A DNA stretch of 63,435 nucleotides, filler included, from Octopus bimaculoides (lineage: Eukaryota), in NCBI RefSeq assembly GCF_001194135.2. It is 6 parts of 6 records of this genome, joined end to end, with 100 filler letters (N's around TTAATTAATTAA, not from the genome) between each part and the next. Parts side by side here need not be neighbours in the genome. Positions count along the whole stretch, not along the records: positions 24,063 to 45,880 come from NC_068981.1; 5 more parts are not named here. One strand, given 5' to 3'. The notes below the pieces were generated by a model. That model was given only the letters and a program-made list of their open reading frames with translations, searched no databases and was not told the origin of the DNA. A program made the translations under genes and the position numbers. Below are positions 25,859-39,289 of this stretch, piece after piece (the stretch's first letter is position 1; each line of letters begins with the position of its first letter).

Positions 25859-28539
25859 GGTGTCGAAAATGCGAACGTCCCAAGTTAGAGAGCTGATGAG
25901 GGGTATTATTTATTCCTTCGTCTTCATACGTTCTCATCTTTTGGGTCTAATTTTTTTTATTTTTGATAGTGAGGCACACAGTCTGATTTTCTAACATATC
26001 ATACTATACTCTCTTGTTCACTATCTCTCTCTCTCTCTCTCCCTCCCTCCATCTCTCTCCCTTTCTCTCTTCTCCTCTCTATTCTGTTGCTTCGCTTCTT
26101 CTCCCCCCCCCTCTCTCTCTCTTTTTTTACTCTGACACTTTCCGTTCCTACCATACAACTCTTACCTATTTTTGTTAAGGTGTTTCTTTCTCTCCTTACT
26201 TTGCCCAGCTAACACACTAATTTCTCGTCTCTCCACTATTTTTACTATTTGCTCAAAATCTACCATTCGATTAGGTCTGACATGAGCCCTTAGACTTATA
26301 AGGTCAGAGCTTTAACCCACCATGGTGTATATGCAACTGAGATTACAATAATTCATGGACGAGACGACAGTCAATCGCAGCCAGTCGATTGCACACACAC
26401 ACACACACATATCTTTTTAATTTGTTTATGGTAACGTTTTGAATATGCAAATAAAACTCCTATTCCATTATGCCGGTCACTGTCTAATGATGCTGACTAG
26501 TGAGCCTGGTTTTTCGGGGTTGCATCAAGTTATACCGATATAATGTAGGATAAATATAATAATAATAACAATAATCCTTAGATGGAATTTATAAACATTT
26601 AAATGCATCGCTACGCACGTTTCCGCAAATCACATGACTTTTTAAGATCCCAGTCCCTATTCCTGGGATCATTGCAGTGTAATCTATTGTATCTTTGGGC
26701 ATCCGGTTGATCATCATTATTGATTCATTTCTTCAGGTGATATAACATAAGTGAATGAACCACAGAGGGATGTTTGTCTCTTTTTACCAGTCTGGGGGTC
26801 AAGTGGGATATTCTCTCTTTTCTCTTTTACTTGTTTCAGTCATTTGACTGTGGCCATGCTGGAGCGCCGCCTTTAGTTGAGCAAATCGATCCCAGGACTT
26901 ATTCTTTGTAAGCCTAGTACTTATTATATCGGTCTCTTTTGTCGAACCACTAAGTTACGGGGACGTAAACACACCAGCATCGGTTGTCAAGCGATGTTGG
27001 GGGGACAAACACAGACACACAAACACATACATTTATATACATATATACATATATACGACAGNNNNNNNNNNNNNNNNNNNNNNNNNNNNNNNNNNNNNNN
27101 NNNNNNNNNNNNNNNNNNNNNNNNNNNNNNNNNNNNNNNNNNNNNNNNNNNNNNNNNNNNNNNNNNNNNNNNNNNNNNNNNNNNNNNNNNNNNNNNNNNN
27201 NNNNNNNNNNNNNNNNNNNNNNNNNNNNNNNNNNNNNNNNNNNNNNNNNNNNNNNNNNNNNNNNNNNNNNNNNNNNNNNNNNNNNNNNNNNNNNNNNNNN
27301 NNNNNNNNNNNNNNNNNNNNNNNNNNNNNNNNNNNNNNNNNNNNNNNNNNNNNNNNNNNNNNNNNNNNNNNNNNNNNNNNNNNNNNNNNNNNNNNNNNNN
27401 NNNNNNNNNNNNNNNNNNNNNNNNNNNNNNNNNNNNNNNNNNNNNNNNNNNNNNNNNNNNNNNNNNNNNNNNNNNNNNNNNNNNNNNNNNNNNNNNNNNN
27501 NNNNNNNNNNNNNNNNNNNNNNNNNNNNNNNNNNNNNNNNNNNNNNNNNNNNNNNNNNNNNNNNNNNNNNNNNNNNNNNNNNNNNNNNNNNNNNNNNNNN
27601 NNNNNNNNNNNNNNNNNNNNNNNNNNNNNNNNNNNNNNNNNNNNNNNNNNNNNNNNNNNNNNNNNNNNNNNNNNNNNNNNNNNNNNNNNNNNNNNNNNNN
27701 NNNNNNNNNNNNNNNNNNNNNNNNNNNNNNNNNNNNNNNNNNNNNNNNNNNNNNNNNNNNNNNNNNNNNNNNNTGTATTGTCCGGTGTCTGGTAATCCCT
27801 TCAATACCGACATCAAACCAAAAAAAGAATCCTGACCACAGAGTGTGGGTAATTATGTCAAATGTCACTGGCAATGTGCATTCCGCTGATTGCAACTGTT
27901 AAAGCAAGTCACTGAGCATGCATACATGTCATACGGGAGAGTTCCAATCAGGGGTGGATAACACCTTATAGGAAAGCCTTATAGAAGAAGACAATTGCGC
28001 AAGGTGCCACGCAGTGGGACTGAACCCAGAACCATGTGGTTCTTAAGCAAGCTACTTACCACACAGCCACGTATTTCTGTGTGTATTTGGAGAGGAGGAG
28101 TGGAAGGTAATGGGAAAAGAGGAAGGAATAGTAGTCATACGGGGATGAAGGTGTGTGTGGTGGCGTTGGATTTATTTTGCTATTCATTCAGCAGATGTTA
28201 AGGATGGGTAGTACATTCGTTTGTTTGATTTCATTTAAGGCATGACTATCTTCAATGAATTCTAAACTCAACAGGTGGTCAAGAACTGTTGCCATATAGG
28301 GGGGGTTTGTTGACTGAATTGATAAATGGTATTTTCTTATGGTGACCTCCACACTGTTTCTGTTGGTATAATGTTTAGCATCACAAATATTAGTTGGTTC
28401 GTTTATTTGGAACTTTTTTTCTCTCCCTCGCGTGAATTATTATGGGGTGTACATGGATCTCACTGTGAAATTTGATAAAGACACGTTCAGAAATTGTGAT
28501 GTCTTTTTAAGAAAAGCAAACAAACATCGACGCTTACTG

Positions 28540-28685
28540 ATACGTACGTATGTATGTATCTATGTATGTATGTATGTACGTACGTACGTACGTATGTATG
28601 TATGCATGCATGCATGCATGCATGCATGCATGCATGCATGCATGTATGTATGTATGTATTATGTATGTATGTATGTATGTATACG
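28540..28685. repeat. Compound (TATG)n/(TACG)n/(CATG)n tetranucleotide microsatellite
   Basis: Directly visible; it includes self-complementary (CATG)n and (TACG)n runs. Confidence 0.9.
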
Positions 28686-28849
28686 CCCATTCAAAGTGTT
28701 CGGGCTAAATTTGACGATTTTTTTTTTATGTCTCCCTTTTTACAGGAACAACTTGATGTACTGGTGTACAATCACAGGCGTTGGAGAGTATAAGCATTAA
28801 AGTTATAGTTGAGGAAAAGTTAGCTTACATAGAGGACTGGAAGCCATCT

Positions 28850-29400
28850 GAATATTGGAGCAGAATATTGGAATAGAGTCATGATAATTCGCACTCGGTA
28901 TCAAAATGACGACATCGTAACTGTCGTTCAGTGCTCTGTAAACACTGTAAAGGCTTTATGACGTAACATGGACATCATGAAAACCAAGTTTCCCCAAACT
29001 GTAATGGTCTTTGGATGTATCTCCAGTGAAATTGCTGGTTAATCCTTGGCTGGTTAATCCTTGGCTGGAGAGGGTTCCTGCTGGAAGGCAATGATTCAGC
29101 TCTTTGCCATGCCTCCGGAGAGAGTCAGAAGTGGTTGTTGGAGAATTTCTACAAGTTCACCAGTTCCAAATTTCTGGCATTCTAATTTCCCCCCGATTGT
29201 AATCTCATAGATTATTATGTGCGGGGCACAGTAAAGAAAGATACCAACCGCTTTGCCAGCAACACCAAGACCGAGTTGGTAGTCCAGATCAAGAAGGTAG
29301 CCGAAGACCTTCTCGGGGACACTGAGGAACGAATGCGCCAGCTTACGGAACTGTCTTGTGACAACGGTGGAAGCTGGGGGCGGCTACCTTGAGTAAACTG
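28850..29400 (+). mobile_element. Tc1/mariner (maT-like) transposase remnant with internal deletions
   Basis: MKTKFPQTVMVFGCISSE ... KWLLENF ... SNxPDCNLIDYY(V/W)GTVKKDTN ... VEAGGGYLE*, resembling the WP..SPDLNP.DY.VWG catalytic motif. Frameshifted. Confidence 0.75.
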
Positions 29401-30419
29401 TTATCTCCAGCCATAATTCAGTTATTTTTTTTAAATACTTTTGGATGGGATGTCGTGTTTCCTTTCCTTTTCGTGGAAACTGTCATATTTAGCCTGAAAA
29501 CCTTGTACATATACTTAAACACACAGACACACACACACGTACACACACACATACAAACATACATACATACATACATTACACATATATACATGCATGCATA
29601 CATTTATATATACGTATATATATATATACGTATATATATATATATNNNNNNNNNNNNNNNNNNNNNNNNNNNNNNNNNNNNNNNNNNNNNNNNNNNNNNN
29701 NNNNNNNNNNNNNNNNNNNNNNNNNNNNNNNNNNNNNNNNNNNNNNNNNNNNNNNNNNNNNNNNNNNNNNNNNNNNNNNNNNNNNNNNNNNNNNNNNNNN
29801 NNNNNNNNNNNNNNNNNNNNNNNNNNNNNNNNNNNNNNNNNNNNNNNNNNNNNNNNNNNNNNNNNNNNNNNNNNNNNNNNNNNNNNNNNNNNNNNNNNNN
29901 NNNNNNNNNNNNNNNNNNNNNNNNNNNNNNNNNNNNNNNNNNNNNNNNNNNNNNNNNNNNNNNNNNNNNNNNNNNNNNNNNNNNNNNNNNNNNNNNNTTA
30001 TTGATTCCAGAGGAATGTAAGGCAAAGTCGATTGCATGAAATTGAACTCCAAATATATAGAGATGAAATTAAATGTAATGCGTATCCAGTTAAAAGCTAT
30101 AAATTTTGCAAGCAGCAAACTACTTTTAAAATTTCTTTTTCTTTTTTAAGTGGTTTTCTTTAACTAGTTACAAAGTTCTCTTAGAAAGTGTGACGATGTT
30201 ATAATTAATTAAAATTAATATCGAAATGTAACTCGTATTGTAAAAAAAAAAAGAAAAGAAAATTAAAAAAAAAAAGATAAAGTAGTTAGCAAGAATATCA
30301 ATTGCGAAACTAAAAGTTCTAGAATTTTAATGTGGCACTTCAGGTTAATTTTTTTTAGCACTTCATCGTTCTTTTTACGATAATAATGATTAAATGACAC
30401 AGTTTAAAGGAATAATTAC

Positions 30420-30534
30420 ATCAGGGTAAACATAAAATTCGACACCGCCTCCATCGCTTTACACTTTCTTCACTGCAATAAATGGCGTCGTTTTATCACA
30501 TTAGATATAATGCTACTATATAAACCTGGTAACG
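30420..30534 (+). promoter_or_regulatory. Speculative promoter or first non-coding exon upstream of the ZNF gene
   Basis: CpG-retaining patch with AAATGGCG (YY1-like core, 30480-30487) and a possible CTG|GTAACG donor at 30528, about 2 kb before CpG depletion begins. No direct proof. Confidence 0.2.
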
Positions 30535-33330
30535 TATTCCTTATTGCTTTGTTACTATTAGTTCCCCTTTAACATCGTTGTTTCCCCTTCATCTGTAATG
30601 TATATTTTCTTCCTTCCTTTTTCAGTCGTAGATTTTTTTTTGCTTTCTGTCTAAATGTCTTTCCCCTTCCCTTTGTGGTTATTTATTTAGTTGCCGAATT
30701 ATTTTTTTATTGCAGCGTTGTTCTTGTTTTGATACATTTTCTGTTCGTTTTAGTTCTTTAGATAATATATATATAATACTTAAGACGTTATTTTTAAAAT
30801 GCATGTTTCTTAAAAAATTATTTGTATGTATATGTTACTACAATAATCTATTTAGATAAGAGAGTTCTGCAATCATGCTAAATCATTTCCTTCTGATGAA
30901 AGAAAGAACATCCTTAACCAACCTTATTGTTATTAAAATAAAGAAATAATGATTAATCATTGTTATTTTTAATAAAAGAAATTATTATAAGCATAAATAT
31001 AATCTAAAACCGTGTGCTGCGTCGAGTCTTATGGTGCAAAAATATTGAAATGCATGTATGAAATTATTGTAATATTTAAACTAAAGAAAAATTGTGCCTG
31101 GTTATTGAGTCTGCTACATTCTGTCATCTCTTCTCTCGCACTCGGTCTCTTGTATTTAATTAAATTGGGTTATTTACATATATATTTTAAATGCTTTAAA
31201 ATGTATTTTAACTATCATTGTGTCACCGCGAACGAGTTTCGAATAATCATAAAGAGCCGTTTGATTACACATCGTTAATTTGAAAAATGCATATGTATCA
31301 CAGCCTTCCGTGGACTAAAAATCTACGATGTACGTCCCTTCTTAATGTGGCTCTAGCATTTTGGTAGTAAGACCCGGTTTCAAACTGGTGTTGATGAAAC
31401 CACATCACTCTCGTAATGCTTCTAGTTAATGCTATTATCTCCCCTCTGCCACCTTGAAATCTAAGATCATTTCTCTATGTAAGATTATACTATTAATAAC
31501 ATTTAGTTACGTCCTTCCCCCTGTGGTGTAAACTTCACTTTTCATCCTTTCACAGTTTATTCAATCGGTTTTATCCCCACCATTAGCAATTTGTGTCTCT
31601 ATGCCGTTGTAAAAAATAAAAATATCATTGTGGTTGCATTTTAATATAGGTGCCACGATAAGACCATATGGCTCCACTTTTTATGGGATGGTGACATAAT
31701 GTGTTTTCTTGGCTTAGTACAACCATCTGACCCTTGGGTTCCTTTGACAAAATCTATTCGGTTGCAAGCATTCAGATCGAGTCTCCTCTGTCTAAGGATA
31801 ACTTGATGCCTTGATGATGCACTGCTTCCTATTGTACCTTCCCTTTATAATATCACTGTTTGCTGTTGAAATTGTTAGAAGTTGTTCTCTAGCAAATTCT
31901 GACCACCAGGGGCAACTGGGGCCCTAACCTGATGAGCAACGCTTTGAAATGGCTGCTCTGTTTGCTATCAGGCCCAGTATTTGCTAGCCAACCCATAACA
32001 GCGTGGAAAACGAACATTAAATGATGGCGGTGATGGTATCTGGTTGTCAGAGCCTGTTCTTGTGGTATTACAGTTATCTTCAGGTCTTCCCTTCTAATCA
32101 AAGCTACTGACTTATCATTTTATTGTTGTCTTGTTACAGAAACTGGTTACATGCAGGATTATCAGCAGCTCCGTGTTACAAATTTAATTTGTTTCTGCGG
32201 GAAGAGCCATTCTAACAATGCGTGCTGCCCTAATTCTTCAAAACACTTAGTTTTAGAATGGTGGCAGCTGATGAAGGAAATGTTCTCTATGTGGCCTGTG
32301 TTTTCTGTGCTCTATTTATGTTCTGTTTCTTATTTTCTCCATGTTTTTTTGTAACGTCCTGTACCCAGATATGCATCTATATATACATGTAGATGTAGGT
32401 ATGTACATACATGTACGTATATATGCATATTCTTTTACTGGTTTCACGCACAGATATTGCAATGTGGTTAAGAAGTTTACTTCTAAACTTTGTGTTTTGG
32501 GGTTCAATCACAAGGCATGACACCTAAGACAAGTGCCTTCTAATATATCCCCCATGGTGACCAAAACCTTGAAAGTGGACTCAGTAGACAGAAACTGAAA
32601 GACATCCATCATGTGTGTGTGTATATAAGTATGTATGTGTGTAGAGATGTGTGTGAGCATATACCTCCTCATCTTGATATTGTGTGATAATTGTAAACAA
32701 ATGTCAGCTTCATAGATGTAGTTTCGTTCACTTCCAATCCTCATTGAAGAGATACTCAATCATGGAGAAATATTGGTTTCACATTTTGGCACAAGGCCAA
32801 TAAGTTCAGTGGGGTGGGTTAAGTCGATTACATCAACCCTCCAGTACTCAACTGGTACTTATTTTAACCCTTAAAGGATGAAAGGCAAAGTCAATCCTGG
32901 TGGCATTTGAACTTTGAATGTAAATATTAATGACTTGTAGGGACACAGTATTTCATTATGCAGCCATAATATACTGTAAAGTATATTAAACATTTTTATA
33001 AGTCAATACTGTGTTCTACTGTGTTAGTGTGCTTTACATCTCACTTGTTAAGGTTGTATCTGCAGATATTCTATAGAAATAACAGCCAGCACTGTTTTTT
33101 ATTATATTTCGAATCCAAGACATCAGATCTAAACAAACAATGAGATCATCATCATCATCATCGTTTAACGTCCGCTTTCCATGATGGCATAGGTTGGACG
33201 ATTTGACTGAGGATTGGTGAACCAGATGGCTACGCCAGGCTTCAATCTGATTTGGCAGAGTTTCTACAGCTGAATGCCCTTCCTAACGCCAAGATGCCCT
33301 TCCTAACGCCAAGATGCTCTTCCTGACAAA

Positions 33331-33472
33331 AGGGTAATGGGCATATATGCCATATTTTAGGAGTTTTTTTTGCCCCTTCATCAGCACCCATCTAACTCCT
33401 TAATCATGCATGAACACATTGCTGATGAAGAAGCAAAAATTCCTGAAATATGGCATATATACCTATCACCCT
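33331..33472. ncRNA. Decayed divergent pair of hammerhead-like motifs (probable Penelope-like pseudo-LTR remnant)
   Basis: Minus copy 33338-33390: UGGGUG-CUGAUGA-AGGGG-loop-CUCCU-AAAA-UAUGGCAUA-UA-UGCCCA. Plus copy 33422-33472: CUGAUGA-AGAAG-loop-UUCCU-GAAA-UAUGGCAUA-UA. The two are mutually homologous and each is damaged. Confidence 0.55.
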
Positions 33473-35092
33473 CTTTTGATCTTCGATCTCATTGTTTGTT
33501 TACATCTGATGTCTTGGATATGGAACGTAACAAAAGTTAGTACTGGCTGTAATTCTTACAGAATATCTGTAGAGACAACCATAACAAGTCAGAACATAAA
33601 ACCAGGAAAAATGCTGTGAAGCATTTTGTCCAGCATGGTAATAACAATTCTGCCAGCTTTCAGCCTTCATAGAGAAATATTGCCGTACTTAGAAACAAGA
33701 GAGGGTTGGTGCCAGAAAGGGTATCCAGTCGTAAAAAATTTGCCTCAGCAAATTCGATCTGTCCCAAGCTAGCATGCAAGAGTTGATGTTAAAATGATGA
33801 GGATGATTTCAGTCACTGGACAGTACCCATGCTGGGACAACACCTCAGTTTTTTTATATTTTCCTCTTGCTTTACACCTACAAACGTGACAAAGGACTGA
33901 GATACCTGGCACCTGGCCATACTCAAGAAGACCCGTACTCCTCAGCAGAAGTGTTAAGACTAATCTTTCTGATGGTGTAAAACACCTGTGCGGTGTCATG
34001 TTAAAGCATTTGTGAGGTATCACCTAAGAGCACCTGGCACAGTCTGTAAAGTGGTTGGCATTAAGAAGGGCATCCAGCCATAGAAACCATGCCAAATCAG
34101 ACTGGAGTCTGGTACTTCCCCTCCCCCCCCCTTTCCACCAGCACCACTAGCTTGCCAGCCCTGGTCACTCCATCCAACCCATGCCAGCATGGACAATGAC
34201 TGTTAAATGATGGGGATGATGATGAACTTGCTTCCCATTTGTCAAATTTACCAACTGTTGTTGACGTGGATTTTCTACAGTTGGATGCTTTTCCTGTCAC
34301 TGGCTCTCACTTGCTTCTGAGATAGGTAATGTTTCCTCATGACCAGAAATGTTTTCACAGAAGACTGGAAATGAAAGACACTGCTTGCATGACAGTGACA
34401 CTTGTTTACAACTATCATACAGTATCAAGGCAAGGAGACACTATCATGCATATCATCGTCATTATCATCATCATTTAACATCCATTCCTCATGCTAGCAT
34501 GGGTTGGACTATTTAACCAGAGCTGGAGAGCTGCACCAGACTCCAGTCTGATTTGGCATGGTTTCTATGGCTGAATGACCTTCCTAATGCCAACCACTTT
34601 ACAGAGTGTGCTGGTGCTTTGATGTGGTACCATACAGGCACTTTTATGTGGCATCGCACAGGCCCTTTTACATGGTACCGCACGAGCACTTTTACATAGC
34701 ACCACCACAAGTACTTTACACCACTAGAGAGACCAGTCTTAACACTTCTGCTGTTGACTACAACAAGGCACCATATCATCCTCACATCATCATGTAATGA
34801 CCACTTTCCATGCTGGCATCAGATGAATGGCTTGACAGGAACAGGCAAGTCAGAAGACTACACCAAGTTCTGCTGTTTATTTCAGCATAGTTACTGCAGG
34901 ACAAGACTTCTCAACTGGGGAAAGTAGTATTGAAGGACAGAAAAATGTCTTACATTCACCCACCTACCCACACTGTCCAGTCTCTGCCTCCTTGCTGTCT
35001 CACTCTCACACACATATATAATGTAGGTAGGGTTGAATCCAAGCTGTGTCCTCTTGAAGCACATCTGCTTATTCCAATATTCAAAATCTGTA

Positions 35093-35240
35093 TCTAGATG
35101 TGTGGTAAGAAGCTTGCTTCCCAACCACGTGGTTCCAGGTTCACTTTATGACACCTTGGACGAGTATCTTCTACTATAGCGTTGGGCTGACCAAAGCCTT
35201 GTGAATGGATTTGTTAGACGGAAACTGAAAGAAGAACCAT

Positions 35241-35299
<59 letters not shown>

Positions 35300-35568
35300 T
35301 GTATAAAATGTATGTGTTTGTGTGTGTATATATAAGTATATATCAATGTGTGTGCATTTTTGTGCTTGTGTTTGTCCCACTTCTTGACATCCAGTGTTCG
35401 TGTGTTTATGTCACTGTAACCTAGCAGTTCAACAAAAGAGACCAATAGAATAAATACCAGATTTAGAAAAGAAGTACTGGGGTCAATTCATTCCTTCAGC
35501 TAAAATTTCTAAGCAGTGCCCCAGCATGGCCGCAGCCTAATGACTGAAACAAGTAATAGATAAAAGAT
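35093..35568 (+). mobile_element. SINE family A, full-length copy with expanded (TA)n core
   Basis: Same head, centre and tail as 14879-15265. Confidence 0.8.
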
Positions 35569-35885
35569 ATGTTATATTTGTGTGAGTTATATGCATAAGA
35601 GTGGAAAATTCTAGAAAATCTTTTTTTGCAAAATATCTTAAAATAAGAAATTGGAAAAATTTTTTGTACTATTTATTCCCCATTATACATGTTTCATTTG
35701 CTAATAGGTGTTCCAAAATTGTACATGTAGGAGAAACATCTCCTATCAGAAATTTTCTAAACAGAAAATTCAAATAATACTATTATGTACTACCATTTGA
35801 TTCCCTGAAGACTTTCTTATGGGAGATATCATCATTATCATCTTCATCATTTAGCATCTGCTTTCCATGCTGGCATGGGTTAGAC

Positions 35886-36114
35886 CAGCATTTCTCAACC
35901 TGGGTTCCCTGGAACCCTAGAGTTCTGCAAAAGATTCTTAGGTGTTCCACAAGAGAGTGAGATAAGCTAATGCTAATTTCATTATTGTAATATTACTATA
36001 CATGCACAACATACTATTGGTTATTGTAATATAGACATCATCTTATCTAACCTATTATGTTCTCAAAAATATAACAACCATTAGGGATATATTTAGTAAT
36101 GTTTGTAATTTATG

Positions 36115-36155
<41 letters not shown>

Positions 36156-36653
36156 GTGAAGGCGCATGGCTCAGTGGTTAGAGCGTTGAGCTTACAATTG
36201 TGAGGTTGTGAGTTCGATTTCTGGACCGGGCTGTGTGTTGTGTTCTTGAGCAAGACACTTTATTTCATGTTGCTCCATTTAACTTAGCTGTAGAAATGAG
36301 TTCTGACATCACTGGTGCCAAGCTGTATCAGCCTTTGCCTTTACCTTGGGTAACATCAGTGGTGTGGAGAAAGGAGACTGGTATGCATGGGCGACTGCTG
36401 GCCTTCCACAAACAACTTTGCCCGGACTTGTGCCTTGGAGGGTGACTTTCTGGGTGCAAATCCCATGGTCATTCATGACCGAAGGGGGTTTCCTCATATA
36501 TATACATATGTATCTATATGATATTTACGACATGAACTACGATGAAAAAAATATGAGAAAGATATGGTATATAATTTTTTTTGTGCAGGGGTTCCTTGAG
36601 ACATTTAATTTATTTTAAGGGTTACACAAAAGTAAAAAGGCTGAGAAACACTA
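35886..36653. mobile_element. hAT MITE carrying a nested SINE, itself inserted in an RTE 3'-end fragment
   Basis: TIRs cagcatttctcaacct / aggctgagaaacacta with an exact 8-bp TSD GGTTAGAC (35878-35885 and 36654-36661). Confidence 0.85.
36158..36495 (+). mobile_element. tRNA-derived SINE nested in the hAT MITE
   Basis: Head ggcgcatggctcagtggttagagcg...gagttcgattt contains A-box and B-box motifs, followed by a non-tRNA body. Confidence 0.75.
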
Positions 36654-38297
36654 GGTTAGACAGTTTGGCTGAAACTGGAAAGCTGGAGAGCTACACCAGG
36701 TTCCAGTCTGATTTGACATGGTTTCTACAGTTCAGTGCCCTTTCTAATGCCAACCACTCCAAGAGTGTAATGGGTGCTTTTTATATGCCACCAGCACAGG
36801 TGCCATGATCAGCCACAACTATGATTTCACTTGACAAGTTTTCTCAAGCACAGCATATTGCCAACAGTCTGTCACTTGTTATCACCACCATGGGGCCCAA
36901 CATTCAAAGGGTGCTTTTTACATGCCACTGGCACAGGTGCCAGACTGGTTACTGACTTCTTACACTTTCCATCTATCAAATCCACTCACATGGCTTTGAT
37001 CAGCCTGGTGGGCTACTGTAGAATATACTTGCTCTAGATGCCATACAGTGGGATTGAACCCAAAGCCATGCATTTGGAAAACTTTCCTCCTTAACCCATT
37101 TTTAAGGACCATTTGAATTTTATTTCCTGAGCTATCAAATTTAACTAACAAATGAAGCTTTCTACAGGGTACTTATTTCTATTATTTTATTTAGCAAATA
37201 CAAATATATGTTTAGGTTCAGACTTAACCAATATATTCATCATCGTCATCAACAGATGTTAAATGATGATGTTGAATATCCTTTTAACTCTGCCTTTCAT
37301 TAATTTATATTTATTCTGAACAACTGTATTCTTATACTGTCTAAATATTTCTAAACATTTCTATAGTAAACTCTCATCCGATATTCAACTAACTGGAAGC
37401 CTCAAGCAACCAGCACCCAGGAAAAAGTAATAGTGTGTTGTTAATTAGAGGCAAGAGAATTTGTGCTAATTTGTGTTAATTATTTAATTGTTGCTAAAAC
37501 AGAGTTTTTGCTGTATCTGAAATAGATCGTTGCTTCACAGTAGCATTTTATTTTACTGCTATTTACAGTACCTGATTTTTATTGAGTTAATAAAACTTGT
37601 TCTTTATTTGAATTATACTTTTATTTCTTCTTATGTCTCTCATTTCAACTTATATTCAGAATATTAATGATAATACTGATGTATATATCGAGTTTTAATG
37701 AGTTTTGTTCTGTGTTATTGTAATTTAAAAAGTGAGGAATATTCAGTTATTTGGCAACTCTCTGGTCTTAATGGTGCCAAATATGTAGGAGTTTACTGTA
37801 TATATTTCTTAATTCCTTAACAAGACATTCTCATGGAATCATCCTATGATTCTTCTGCTTTTACTACACAGCAATGATTACATATTGCTCTTGACCAAAC
37901 ATCATGGCTAAACTATCTTGAAAATTAGTTCAAGTTCATTTTCAGATCCATCCTATTTTAAGTTTACTATATAAACAAAAGAGAGTTGGTTTTCTTTAAT
38001 ATCGCCATTATTCTTATATCTTAATATTATTGATTGCAGGAATTTTGGGATGTATTATCACCTTACAAGGGGAGTCATGGGCATAAGCTACCTTGGAATA
38101 CTTAACCTTATCTGTGCATTCTGTACCAATTATAGAATTACAATAACTTCAAATTTCCAGATGTATCATTACAACCAACATTCTGCATACTTTCAAATAG
38201 ACAAAAATATGACATTTCATTGAATGCTTTCCAACAGTGTGGTTGATGGTTGTTATTTTTTTTTATTTCTGTTGTTGTTGTTGTGATGGTGATTATG

Positions 38298-38298
38298 C

Positions 38299-38335
<37 letters not shown>

Positions 38336-38396
38336 TTTGGTGGTAGTGGTAGTAGTAGTGGTGGTGGTAGTAATAGTAGTAGTAATGGTGGTGGTG

Positions 38397-38428
<32 letters not shown>

Positions 38429-38462
38429 GGTGGTAGTAGTGGTGGTAGTAGTAGTAGTGGTG

Positions 38463-38498
<36 letters not shown>
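38298..38498. repeat. Compound (GTA/GTG)n microsatellite
   Basis: Directly visible; it explains the poly-S/G, poly-V and poly-Y/H ORFs. Confidence 0.95.
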
Positions 38499-38499
<1 letters not shown>

Positions 38500-38849
38500 C
38501 TCAAAATCCTCATTTCTAACAGGCCCCTTAGTTCAGCAGATGATTTGTGTTTGTTTAAAATCTTGAATAAGAAATAAAGCTTCTTGACATGATGTGTTGT
38601 TCCAGTAATTGTTTATTGACCCCTAACTTGAAAGGCTAAATTAACACTTGGCAGTATTTGTACTCAAGAGGTAGAGAGCATGATTAAGTAAACTTTGTGA
38701 CACTCTGTCAACTTTAATAGTAGCAAGGCACTCATACACAAACACATTCACAATGCTCAAGTGAAACCCACAATGGAATACCAACCCTACATCTGAAGCA
38801 ATGTTGCTATTTATTGATGTCCTCACCTATCTAGTTCATACAAAGTTAC

Positions 38850-39190
38850 TCATCAACTCACTCGAACTGCTGGCCCAAAGATATGCTATCTTTTCGCTCA
38901 ACCTTTTCTTCTGCTTCTAAAGTAGCCACCTTTGCTTCTAGAAAATATATGGTTTTATGTTACTTTTGCTTCGTCACTTTCTGAATCATTCATCTTGCTC
39001 CCTCTTTGCACCCATATTGTATGTCTCCACCAGGTCCCCACTATCCGCTTCAATCAGTCCTTCCTCTCTCTAGAATGTCACCTCACTGGAATCCAATCTC
39101 TGCCATGCCTTTCTTGCAGTTGTCAACTTGCAACTGTTCAAGAGAAACACCATTCACTGCAATCTCTTCAAAGGACTGGCAAAGACCCAT
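38850..39190 (+). mobile_element. CR1/Jockey-like LINE 3' ORF remnant
   Basis: Frameshifted HPYC...RTIRFNQSFLSRMSPHWN...VVNLQLFKRN, similar to the C-terminal tail of CR1/Jockey-type ORF2. Confidence 0.55.
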
Positions 39191-39289
39191 TAACTTTTTT
39201 TTTTTAATCATACTCATATAAAATCTAAGATAAACCAGGTTGTCACAAAGGAACAAAACCAAAGTTCCTTTAATGCTTTTGCATTTGTG

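Noticed and set aside
25850-25915. GAAAATGCGAACGTC and CTGATGAGGGG as hammerhead pieces
   Set aside because: The order and pairing do not give valid stems I-III.
36158-36235. tRNA gene candidates (also 57628 and the 39668 head)
   Set aside because: They have A/B boxes but no complete cloverleaf and continue into SINE bodies.
38040-38105. Possible + strand exon after attgcag (also 32130 after ttacag)
   Set aside because: There is no clear donor or recognisable coding content. These could be UTR exons of the ZNF gene but are unsupported without RNA data.
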